Shown here piece after piece: positions 32,457 to 40,283 of a stretch of DNA of 50,053 nt. A model generated the notes under the pieces. The model did no database searches, was not told the DNA's origin, and was given only the letters and a program-made list of their open reading frames with translations. This DNA comes from Ilumatobacteraceae bacterium. Lineage in GTDB: Bacteria; Actinomycetota; Acidimicrobiia; Acidimicrobiales; Ilumatobacteraceae. Each line of letters begins with the position of its first letter. Position 1 is the stretch's first letter. Where the stretch lies: positions 1-50,053 of the forward strand of contig DASQFE010000603.1 of NCBI GenBank assembly GCA_035633295.1. Direction: 5' to 3'. Both the position numbers and the translations under genes were made by a program.

Positions 32457-33274
32457 CAGTCGCTCCCGAGCACCGACAGGTCGTCGTAGCGCTGATGAAC
32501 GAACGGTCGTACCCACTCGCCCGGCACCGTGGTGACGAGTTCACCGCGCTGCGAACTCGAGCGCTCGGCGAACTCGATGAAGCGCAGCGCACGAACGGGC
32601 AGATCGATGACCGGATCGAATCTCGATTCGCGCAGCGTGACGTCACCGTCGACAGTCCAGACCGCTCGGGTCTTTTCGTCACGATGACAGTGCACCAGCC
32701 ATGGATCGCTGTCGAATCCCGTGCCAGCGGGGTCGAGCATGAACTTGAAGTAGAAGTCGGTGCGGCGCCGGTCGGGGGTCACCGGCGCCTGTGCGGCAAT
32801 GGTGCCGTTGACCTCCACGAACGTGACACCCATACGCGTAAACGCCCCGCGAACCGCGTCACCGATGCCGTCACCGACCGCGGCACCGACCGCGGCACCG
32901 GAGCGCTCCAGCGTCACGTCGCCGAGCTTCTTGGGCTCACCGAACGTCTCTCGTCCGCCGACCACTGCCTGCTCGGTGGTCATCGGCATGACGAGCGGGT
33001 AGCCACCGACGAGGCCGTCGTGCACCGCTTCGACAGCGAACGTGCCGGCACCGAACGGTGGCCGTCCGTGGCCGATGTCGACCGAGGCGAACGTGACACG
33101 AACCAGTGGTTCGCTCGACGGCACGAGTGGTCGGGGCAGCACTGCGGCCACCGCCTCCGGGTCGGTCTCGTAGACCGCCGTGAGCGTGGTCGCCCAGGTG
33201 TCAACCGACGTCGCTTCGAGCTCGCGGTTGCGCAACTGCTCGGGTGTGCGCCCCCCGTATCTGATCCGTCCCAT
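32456..33274 (-). CDS. acetoacetate decarboxylase (ADC) family protein
   Basis: 272 aa. GRETFGEPKKLG (Lys-containing active-site region), beta-cone-like composition, FYFKFMLDP. ATG 33274 is preceded by GGGGGA. An alternative ATG lies at 33286. Confidence 0.75.
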   Translation of the reverse strand: MGRIRYGGRTPEQLRNRELEATSVDTWATTLTAVYETDPEAVAAVLPRPLVPSSEPLVRVTFASVDIGHGRPPFGAGTFAVEAVHDGLVGGYPLVMPMTTEQAVVGGRETFGEPKKLGDVTLERSGAAVGAAVGDGIGDAVRGAFTRMGVTFVEVNGTIAAQAPVTPDRRRTDFYFKFMLDPAGTGFDSDPWLVHCHRDEKTRAVWTVDGDVTLRESRFDPVIDLPVRALRFIEFAERSSSQRGELVTTVPGEWVRPFVHQRYDDLSVLGSD

Positions 33275-33321
33275 GTGATCCCCCATCTCTCGAGTGCCCG
33301 ACGGCACGTGACGTGTCGCCC

Positions 33322-34560
33322 TCAGGTCGTGGCGGCACCGAACCCGGCCAGGGCCGGACACTTCTCTGCGAACTTCGGCACGTCGCCCGCCAGGAGGGGG
33401 ACGTCGACGTCGCTCATCAACGGGCCGATGCGATCGGCGATCGGTCGCAGCGCGTCGAGGTCGAACCCGTACACCTTCGCGGCGTTGGCGCCGAGCAGGG
33501 CGGCGGCCTCGTCGTGCGGTACGCCGGCGAACGATGCCCGCAGCGCCTCGGGCGTGAACGGGAAGCTGGCCTCCTTGTGCGGATAGTCGCTGCCCCACAT
33601 GATGCGATCGATACCGACCACATGGCGCAGCGGCACTTCGGCGGGGCGGATGAAGCTGGCCCCGATATGGCACTGGCGGGCGAAGTACTCACTCGGCTGC
33701 AACGGCAGCTTGTCCATCACCGGCATTCCCCAGACGTGCTCCTGGGATCCGACCGCGGTGCGCATCCGCGTGAAGAAGTAGTCGAGCCGGCCGAGTTCCT
33801 CTGGCACCCATGCGGTGCCCTGTTCAGTGAACACCACGTGCAGGTCGGGGTGGCGTTGCATCGCCCCCGACACGATGAGGTGCGCCAACGTGCGATGCGA
33901 CCACCACGTCACTTCGAGCAGGAAGACCACCGGGTCCTCCACGGTGTCGCCCATCGGCGGGCTGGCGCTGCCACCGTGGTTGTTCAGTGGCATGCCGAGT
34001 TCGGCGCACACGGCGAACAGCGGGTCGTAGTAGTCGCCGTCGAACAGCGGGGGCAGGCCCGAACCCGGGGGGACGCCCGGCAGCAGCACGCCTCCGGTGA
34101 GCCCGCTGGAGTGCGCCGCGCGCACCTCGGCCACGGCCGCGTCGATGTCGTGGAGCATCACCTGGCAGATCCCGGCGCGACGACCCGGCACTGCCGCGCA
34201 GAAGTCGGCGAGCCAGCGGTTGTGGGCGCGCAGCCCGGCCCACCGGCGCTCGACGTCACCCGCCGTCAACGCCGGCGGCTGGAACGTGAGCGACGCCTTG
34301 GGGAAGAACGGCGGAATCGTGTTGGGAAAGATCACCTCGGCGACGATGCCGTCGTCGTCCATCTCGCGCAGACGCCGGTCGGAGTCCCAGTTGCGCGGGC
34401 CATCGGGACCGGTCAGATCCTCGTAGGGGTTCTCGTAGGTGGCGACCCAGTGATCGAACTCGTCGAGGTACCGCTGCTCGAGATAGGGGCGGTAGTCGGC
34501 GAGATCCGCTCCTGCATGGCAGTCGGCGGAGATCACGAGGTACCGATCGTGCTGATTCAT
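33322..34560 (-). CDS. amidohydrolase_2 family protein
   Basis: LVISADCHAG and MWGSDYPHKE. First gene of a 7-gene leftward operon. GGAGTG lies upstream of the ATG. Confidence 0.82.
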   Translation of the reverse strand: MNQHDRYLVISADCHAGADLADYRPYLEQRYLDEFDHWVATYENPYEDLTGPDGPRNWDSDRRLREMDDDGIVAEVIFPNTIPPFFPKASLTFQPPALTAGDVERRWAGLRAHNRWLADFCAAVPGRRAGICQVMLHDIDAAVAEVRAAHSSGLTGGVLLPGVPPGSGLPPLFDGDYYDPLFAVCAELGMPLNNHGGSASPPMGDTVEDPVVFLLEVTWWSHRTLAHLIVSGAMQRHPDLHVVFTEQGTAWVPEELGRLDYFFTRMRTAVGSQEHVWGMPVMDKLPLQPSEYFARQCHIGASFIRPAEVPLRHVVGIDRIMWGSDYPHKEASFPFTPEALRASFAGVPHDEAAALLGANAAKVYGFDLDALRPIADRIGPLMSDVDVPLLAGDVPKFAEKCPALAGFGAATT

Positions 34561-34610
34561 GACTTCACTCCGATGGCTGGGTAGTGTCGGCGCGTCGAAG
34601 GGAGCCGAAC

Positions 34611-35411
34611 ATGGCGGGCACCGAGCATCTGCTGGTGGAACAGAGCGGTCACACGCTGATCGTGACGATGAATCGCCCCGAGGCGAAGAACGCGCTGAGT
34701 TCGGCGATGCTCGCCGGCATGGCCGACGCCTGGGAGCGACTGAACACCGACGACGACCTGCGGTGCGCCGTGCTCACGGGCGCCGGCGGATCGTTCTGTA
34801 CGGGCATGGACCTGAAGGCCGCAGCGAGCGACGACGGCGCCCCCAATCCGTACGCCGAGCGGTGGGCCGCCGACCCCGACCTGCACTGGAAGGCCCTGTT
34901 GCGCCACTACCGCCTGCGCAAGCCGCTCATCGCCGCGGTCGAAGGCCACGCGGTCGCCGGGGGCACCGAGATCCTGCAGGCCACGCACATCCGCGTCGCC
35001 GGGCACGGCGCAACGTTCGGGGTCTTCGAGGCTCGTCGCGGGCTGTTTCCCGTTGGCGGGAGCACGGTGAGACTGCAGCGCCAGATCGGCTACACCGCCG
35101 CGATGGAGATGCTGCTCACGGCGCGTGGTTACACCGCAGCCGAAGCACTCGCCATCGGCTTGATCGGCCACGTCGTACCCGACGGGCAGGCGCTCAACAA
35201 GGCCCTCGAGTTGGCCGAGATGATCGGTGCCAACGGGCCGCTGGCCGTCGAGGCGATCCTGCAGTCGGTGCAGGAGACCGCATCGATGCCCGAGGCCGAG
35301 GCGCTGGCCAGAGAGTTCGAGATCGGCTGGCCGATCTTCGCCACCGAGGATGCCAAGGAAGGGCCGCGGGCGTTCGCCGACAAGCGCGCCCCGCAGTGGC
35401 AGCGTCGCTGA
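34611..35411 (+). CDS. enoyl-CoA hydratase/isomerase (crotonase)
   Basis: [57 protein letters not shown] 34611 is preceded by GGGAG. Confidence 0.88.
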   Translation: MAGTEHLLVEQSGHTLIVTMNRPEAKNALSSAMLAGMADAWERLNTDDDLRCAVLTGAGGSFCTGMDLKAAASDDGAPNPYAERWAADPDLHWKALLRHYRLRKPLIAAVEGHAVAGGTEILQATHIRVAGHGATFGVFEARRGLFPVGGSTVRLQRQIGYTAAMEMLLTARGYTAAEALAIGLIGHVVPDGQALNKALELAEMIGANGPLAVEAILQSVQETASMPEAEALAREFEIGWPIFATEDAKEGPRAFADKRAPQWQRR

Positions 35412-35419
35412 CAGCGACG
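35403..35419. terminator. 6-bp stem hairpin CGTCGC-tgaca-GCGACG at a convergent junction
   Basis: The loop contains the crotonase stop (35409..35411). The Ltp stop follows at 35425..35427. Confidence 0.25.
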
Positions 35420-35424
35420 TCATC

Positions 35425-36594
35425 TCAGGGCTTGTCCTTGCCCACGAGCCACATCGCGAAGAACTGCGACCCGCCGCCGTAGGCGTGGCCGACCGCCTTG
35501 CGCACACTGTCGATCTGGTGTTCGCCGGCAAGCTCCATCACCTGCATGGCTGCTTCGCCGAAACGAAGCATGCCACTGGCACCGATCGGGTTCGACGACA
35601 GCACGCCGCCGGACGGGTTGACCGGCAACGATCCCCCCATCTCGGTGATGCCGTCTTCGACCCATCGCCACCCGTCGCCCTTCGGCGCAAAGCCGAGGTT
35701 CTCGAGCCACATCGGCTCGAACCACGAGAACGGGACGTACATCTCGACGACGTCGATCTCCTCGGCCGGATTGGTGATGCCGGCCTTTCGCCACAGGTCG
35801 GCGGCACACATCTCGCCGGCCACAGGGCTGACCTGTTCACGACCGGCGAACATCGTGGGCTCGCTGCGCATCGCGGTCGCATGAACCCATGCGGCCGGCC
35901 GGCCGGTCGCGGCAATGTGGGCGTCAGCGGTCTCTTCGTCGGCGAGCACGAGCGCGATGGCGCCATCCGACGATGGGCAGGTCTCCACGAAGCGGATCGG
36001 GTCCCACAACATCGGCGACTCCATGGCGCGCTCGAGCGTCAGGCCCTCCTCGTGGAGGTGCGCGTACGGGTTCTTCAGGGCATTTCCGCGATCCTTCACC
36101 GCAACCATCGCACCGATGTGGCCGGGAACGTCGTATCGCGAGATGTAGCTGCGCACGATCGGCGAGAAGTACCCGCCGGCGCCCGCATGCACGGGCATCC
36201 CGAACGGGATGGCAACCGAGAGGGCCCACATCGCGTTGCCGTCGCTCTGCTTCTCGAACCCGATCGTGAGCACCCGCCGGTGGATTCCTCCCATCACGTG
36301 CTGCGCGGCGACGATCGCTGTGGAGCCGCCGACCGAGCCGGCGGTGTGCACACGAAACACGGGCTTGCCGTGCGCCGCGAGCGCATCGGCGAGCCACAGC
36401 TCCGGCATGGCCACACCCTCGAGCATGTCCGGCGCCTTGCCGATGACGATCGCATCGATGTCGGCGAGGGTGACATCGGCTGACTCCAGCGCGCGGTCGA
36501 CCGCCTCACGGACGAGGCCCGCGATCGACACGTCGGCGCGGCACGCGGTGTGCTGGGTCTGGCCTACTCCGATGACCGCACAGCGCTGCGCCAT
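35425..36594 (-). CDS. Ltp-type thiolase-like protein lacking the nucleophilic Cys (putative retro-aldolase, Ltp2/3/4 family)
   Basis: Thiolase fold (AVIGVGQT, PVNPSGG, NPIGASG). RVHTAGSVGG replaces VENYCATG. EMYVPFS replaces EVHDCFT. SNPIGASG replaces GHPVGASG. Confidence 0.82.
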   Translation of the reverse strand: MAQRCAVIGVGQTQHTACRADVSIAGLVREAVDRALESADVTLADIDAIVIGKAPDMLEGVAMPELWLADALAAHGKPVFRVHTAGSVGGSTAIVAAQHVMGGIHRRVLTIGFEKQSDGNAMWALSVAIPFGMPVHAGAGGYFSPIVRSYISRYDVPGHIGAMVAVKDRGNALKNPYAHLHEEGLTLERAMESPMLWDPIRFVETCPSSDGAIALVLADEETADAHIAATGRPAAWVHATAMRSEPTMFAGREQVSPVAGEMCAADLWRKAGITNPAEEIDVVEMYVPFSWFEPMWLENLGFAPKGDGWRWVEDGITEMGGSLPVNPSGGVLSSNPIGASGMLRFGEAAMQVMELAGEHQIDSVRKAVGHAYGGGSQFFAMWLVGKDKP

Positions 36595-37652
36595 CACTCT
36601 CCCTCCAGAACGGCGACGAGGTTCTGTTGCAGGCATGGCCCGCTCGCGCTGTGGGCAACCGCCCGGTCGGCGCCGCCGGCCAACAGCCGGTCGGCGGCCT
36701 CGGCGAAGCGGATCAGGCCGGCTGCCATCTGCGGGTTGGCGCACAGCGCTCCGCCGCTCGGGTTGATCACCGTCTGCTCCGCATCGAGCCCCAACGCCGA
36801 GGTGAGCAAGATCTGCTGGTGCGAGTACGGCGCGTACACCTCGGCGACGTCGACGCGGTCGGCAGCGACGCCGGCGTGATGAGCCGCAAGAGCCGCCGAC
36901 GACGCCTCGGTCAGCGAGTGACTCCCGAGTCGCTGACTGTCGATGCGATGGTCGATGCCACGGATCCAGGCCGGACGATCGCAGAGCCGACGGGCGGCGT
37001 CAGCCGACGCGAGCACGATGGCGACGGCCCCGTCGACGGGGAGCCCGCAATCGTGGGCGCGCAGCGGGGCGGTGACATACGGTTGCGCAAGCAGTTCTGC
37101 CGCGGTCATCGCGGTGCCCCATCCGATGAGGGGATTGGCGATGCCATCGCTGATGCTGCGAGCCACGACTGCGGCCATCGATGCCTCCGTGACCACTCCG
37201 GCGTCGAGGCAGGCCCGCGCTTGCACCGCGGCGATGGCGGTCGCCCCGGGCCACAGCGGCGCCATCATGTACGGATCGAGCTGGAGCGTGAGGATGCGGT
37301 CGATCGGCCCGGCCGTGGTCTTGCCGTTGGCGAAGACCAGCGCTGTCTCGGATTCTCCAGTTTGGATCTTGACCCACGCCTCGTAGAGCGCGAGCGCGCC
37401 GTCGCCTTCGACGTGGCTCTCCACGATCGGCGGCCACGCCCCGATCGCGTCGACCGCCGACACGAAGCTGAACGGCTGGCCGCTCATGTAGTCGCAACTG
37501 CCATGGCACCAGAAGTCGATGTCCTGACGCCCGAGACCGGCACGCTCGAGCACCTCGACGATCGTTGGTGCGATGAGTTCGACCGAGGTCAGCTCGGTGC
37601 GCATCTCGAGAGGGCGCTGGGCGGTGGCCACGATCGCCACGTCGCGCGTCAT
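36594..37652 (-). CDS. second Cys-less thiolase-like protein (Ltp family partner)
   Basis: TGATG junction downstream and ATGA upstream. VESHVEGDG sits at the Cys position. EVYAPYS and INPSGGAL are present. Confidence 0.8.
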   Translation of the reverse strand: MTRDVAIVATAQRPLEMRTELTSVELIAPTIVEVLERAGLGRQDIDFWCHGSCDYMSGQPFSFVSAVDAIGAWPPIVESHVEGDGALALYEAWVKIQTGESETALVFANGKTTAGPIDRILTLQLDPYMMAPLWPGATAIAAVQARACLDAGVVTEASMAAVVARSISDGIANPLIGWGTAMTAAELLAQPYVTAPLRAHDCGLPVDGAVAIVLASADAARRLCDRPAWIRGIDHRIDSQRLGSHSLTEASSAALAAHHAGVAADRVDVAEVYAPYSHQQILLTSALGLDAEQTVINPSGGALCANPQMAAGLIRFAEAADRLLAGGADRAVAHSASGPCLQQNLVAVLEGE

Positions 37653-38137
37653 GACGTGGCTCGAATGGTGGTGACGTCGGCCTCGCCGGTCGGGCGGAAG
37701 TACTCGATGTTCTCGAGCGAGGGACCCCATTCGTCGCGGGGCTTCCAGACCGGCTCGACACGCATGCCCATCCGTACGTCGTCGGTCTCGCACTCCTGGA
37801 TGAGGTGTTGCATCGAGATGTCGGCACCGTCGAGCAGGATCTGCGCGGCAACGTAGGGAATCTTCACCTTCTGGCCGAGGAACGGGACGTTGACGACGCA
37901 GAACGTGGTGATCGTGCCCGCCGGCCCCACTTCGACCTCGTCGCCGAGCGGAGCAGCACAGCGCGGACACACGCCATTGCGGGGCGGGAAGTACACCTGC
38001 TGACACACCGTGCAGCGACGGCCGAGCAACCGACCGTTCATGAGGCTCTCGAGATGGCCAGAGGCCGCCGGTCCGGCTGACCACTCATACGCGACGGAGA
38101 TCGGCTGGAGCAGACGCAACACCTGCTCGTCGCTCAT
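37649..38137 (-). CDS. DUF35 OB-fold protein with rubredoxin-like zinc ribbon
   Basis: CTVCQQVYFPPRNGVCPRC (CxxC...CxxC) followed by the OB-fold region GTITTFCVVN. ATGA overlaps on both sides. Confidence 0.82.
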   Translation of the reverse strand: MSDEQVLRLLQPISVAYEWSAGPAASGHLESLMNGRLLGRRCTVCQQVYFPPRNGVCPRCAAPLGDEVEVGPAGTITTFCVVNVPFLGQKVKIPYVAAQILLDGADISMQHLIQECETDDVRMGMRVEPVWKPRDEWGPSLENIEYFRPTGEADVTTIRATS

Positions 38138-38637
38138 GCCACGACCGCTGCGTTGGCCTCGGAATCCGAACTGATCAGATCGAAGCAGGCGATGTCGGTG
38201 ATGCCGCCCTGCGGGTCGCCCGACCAGCGAACGGCGACTCGCGATCCGGTGGAGATCGAGTCGGCGCTGCACGCGTCGACGGCATGGAACATCTCGACGT
38301 CGGCGCCGTCGAGCCGTATCAGCGCCCACGCGAAGGGGTGGTCGAGCGGCTGATCGGCTTGTGGTTCGGCCTGCCACGCCCACGACGTGACGGTGCCGTG
38401 CTCGCCGACCGATACCCACTCGGTACAGGGTGCACCTGTGATCGGGTCGAACTCGGCAGGCGGCACATAGACCCGACCGTCGCTGCCTCGCGTGCCTTCG
38501 ATTCGACCGTCGCGCAGCGACGTGAAGAATCGCGCCAGTGTGGTCCCCACCGTTCTCGAATACGGGTAGGTCATCAGCAGAGGCGCCGTGAAACAACCGT
38601 CCTCGGTACGGAGGAACTCGAACGTCGCCCCAGACAT
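38134..38637 (-). CDS. DUF35-like OB-fold protein without zinc-ribbon cysteines
   Basis: SLRDGRIEGTRGSDGRVYVPPAEFDP...GTVTSWAW...ALIRLDGAD has DUF35 topology, but the CxxC pairs are absent. First gene of the operon, 30 nt from operator site 6. Confidence 0.72.
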   Translation of the reverse strand: MSGATFEFLRTEDGCFTAPLLMTYPYSRTVGTTLARFFTSLRDGRIEGTRGSDGRVYVPPAEFDPITGAPCTEWVSVGEHGTVTSWAWQAEPQADQPLDHPFAWALIRLDGADVEMFHAVDACSADSISTGSRVAVRWSGDPQGGITDIACFDLISSDSEANAAVVA

Positions 38638-38666
38638 GACTGCCGTTCTATCAGTCGTCGTCGGTT

Positions 38667-38683
38667 TCTGACGAGTCGTCAGA
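38667..38683. promoter_or_regulatory. operator palindrome site 6: TCTGACG-AGT-CGTCAGA (perfect)
   Basis: Lies between the DUF35/Ltp operon (start 38637, minus strand) and the ABC transporter operon (start 38751, plus strand). Confidence 0.7.
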
Positions 38684-38750
38684 TCCACCCTCGCGATTTC
38701 GCGACGGTGTGCTACGTTCACCGCAAGTTCTACTCCGGGGGGAAATTCAC

Positions 38751-40220
38751 ATGGCTCGAAGGTCTGTTCGCGTTGCTGCTGCGGTCACCTCGTTGATGCT
38801 CGTCGCCGGAGCCTGCGGGGGATCGCGCGACGAGACGACGACTCCCACTGCACCGGCTCCCACTGTGACCACGGAGACTTCGACCGACACCGGCGCTGCG
38901 ACCGACACGACTGACACGAGCACGGCGACCGACACGACCATGGTCTCGGATGTCGAAATGTTCGGTGATGCCCCGTGGCCCTGCGGCCCGGGCAGCGGCG
39001 ACAACACCGACGACGGCAGCACCGTCGGGGTCACGGCCGACTCGATCGACATCGCCACCGGCGACGACGCCGGCTATGCCGCCTCACCGGGCCTCAACCA
39101 CGAGATCACCGATGCGATGAATGCCATGGTGGCCAAGTGCAACGAGCTCGGAGGTATCAACGGCCGAACGATCAACCTCAACTACTACGACGCGAAGATC
39201 CTGGAGGTCAGCGCGGCGATTCAGAGCGCCTGCGATGACGAGAACTTCTTCCTCGTCGGCCAGGGTTGGGCGTTCGACCAGAACCAGGAGGAGATCAGGC
39301 TGGGTTGCGGCCTCCCAGCGGTGCCGGGGTACACGGTGAGCGCCGCATTCGCCCATGGCAAGGACGTGTTCCAAGGCGTCCCCAACCCGTCGGATGAAAC
39401 CACGAGCGGAGTCTTTGCCCAGATCGCCGAGCTCTTCCCCGAGGAATCCAAGCAGGTCGGCACATTGACGGGCGCCATCAGCTTCACCCAGGAGACCCGC
39501 GACAAAGTGGTTGCAACCGCTCCCGCGTTCGGCTGGGGGTTCGCCGAGACCACGCTCGAGAGCAACATCTCCGGTGAGCCGGACTGGACGCCGTTCGTCA
39601 AGCAACTCGAGGACGCCGGTGCCGAGATGGTGTCCTGGCAGGGAACCTGCCTGCCCAGCCTGCTGCTGTTCGCCCAGACCGCGAAGCTCAATGGTCTCGA
39701 TGTGCCGATCGTGGTCGATTCGAACCACTACACGGCCGAGTGTGCGGCGTCCAACACCGACGGTGCACTCGACAACCTGTACGTCCGCATGTCGTTCGTG
39801 CCCTTCGAAGATGCGAGCGCCAACCCGGCCACGCAGGACTACCTCGACCTGATCGCCGCCAACGGAGGCGACACGGCGATGCTCGGCGCGCAGAGCACGT
39901 CGTCGTTCCTGCTCTGGGCAACGGCGGCCGCGGCCTGTGGTGACCAGCTCACACGAGAGTGCGTCCTCACCAATCTCGCCGCCACCACGTCGTGGACCGG
40001 GCACGGGCTGCACGCCGAGTCGGACCCCGGAGGCAATCACCCGCCCAAGTGTTCGTCGATCATCCGTCTCGTCGGCACCGAGTTCGAACGGGTGGTGCCG
40101 ACCGAGGCCGCCGGTTTCGAATGCGACGACGCATGGATCAGCCCGATCTCAGGGACCGCCGCTCTCGAAGCCGCCAAGCTCGACGAGAACCGCATCTCGC
40201 AGCAGTTCGCCGCGGGATGA
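38751..40220 (+). CDS. ABC transporter substrate-binding lipoprotein, LivK/HAAT family
   Basis: Signal peptide plus lipobox LVAGAC, then a Thr/Asp-rich linker. GVTADSIDIATG....NELGGINGRTINLNYYD matches the Peripla_BP_6 pattern. ATG 38751 is preceded by GGGGGGAA. Confidence 0.82.
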   Translation: MARRSVRVAAAVTSLMLVAGACGGSRDETTTPTAPAPTVTTETSTDTGAATDTTDTSTATDTTMVSDVEMFGDAPWPCGPGSGDNTDDGSTVGVTADSIDIATGDDAGYAASPGLNHEITDAMNAMVAKCNELGGINGRTINLNYYDAKILEVSAAIQSACDDENFFLVGQGWAFDQNQEEIRLGCGLPAVPGYTVSAAFAHGKDVFQGVPNPSDETTSGVFAQIAELFPEESKQVGTLTGAISFTQETRDKVVATAPAFGWGFAETTLESNISGEPDWTPFVKQLEDAGAEMVSWQGTCLPSLLLFAQTAKLNGLDVPIVVDSNHYTAECAASNTDGALDNLYVRMSFVPFEDASANPATQDYLDLIAANGGDTAMLGAQSTSSFLLWATAAAACGDQLTRECVLTNLAATTSWTGHGLHAESDPGGNHPPKCSSIIRLVGTEFERVVPTEAAGFECDDAWISPISGTAALEAAKLDENRISQQFAAG

Positions 40221-40283
40221 TCGATCCCACCCACCGACGACCGACTCACTCGGTGATCCCCCGCTGACTCGACGGGAGTCTGG

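Noticed and set aside
33305-33315. An 11-bp palindrome CACGTGACGTG in the amidohydrolase-ADC spacer.
   Set aside because: It occurs once, has short arms, and has no second copy elsewhere in the window. This is not enough to call a binding site.
38820-38945. Repetitive gaccgacac-type DNA and a Thr/Asp-rich peptide after the lipobox of the binding protein.
   Set aside because: This is a low-complexity linker typical of actinobacterial lipoproteins (possibly glycosylated). It is not a discrete repeat element or a separate gene.
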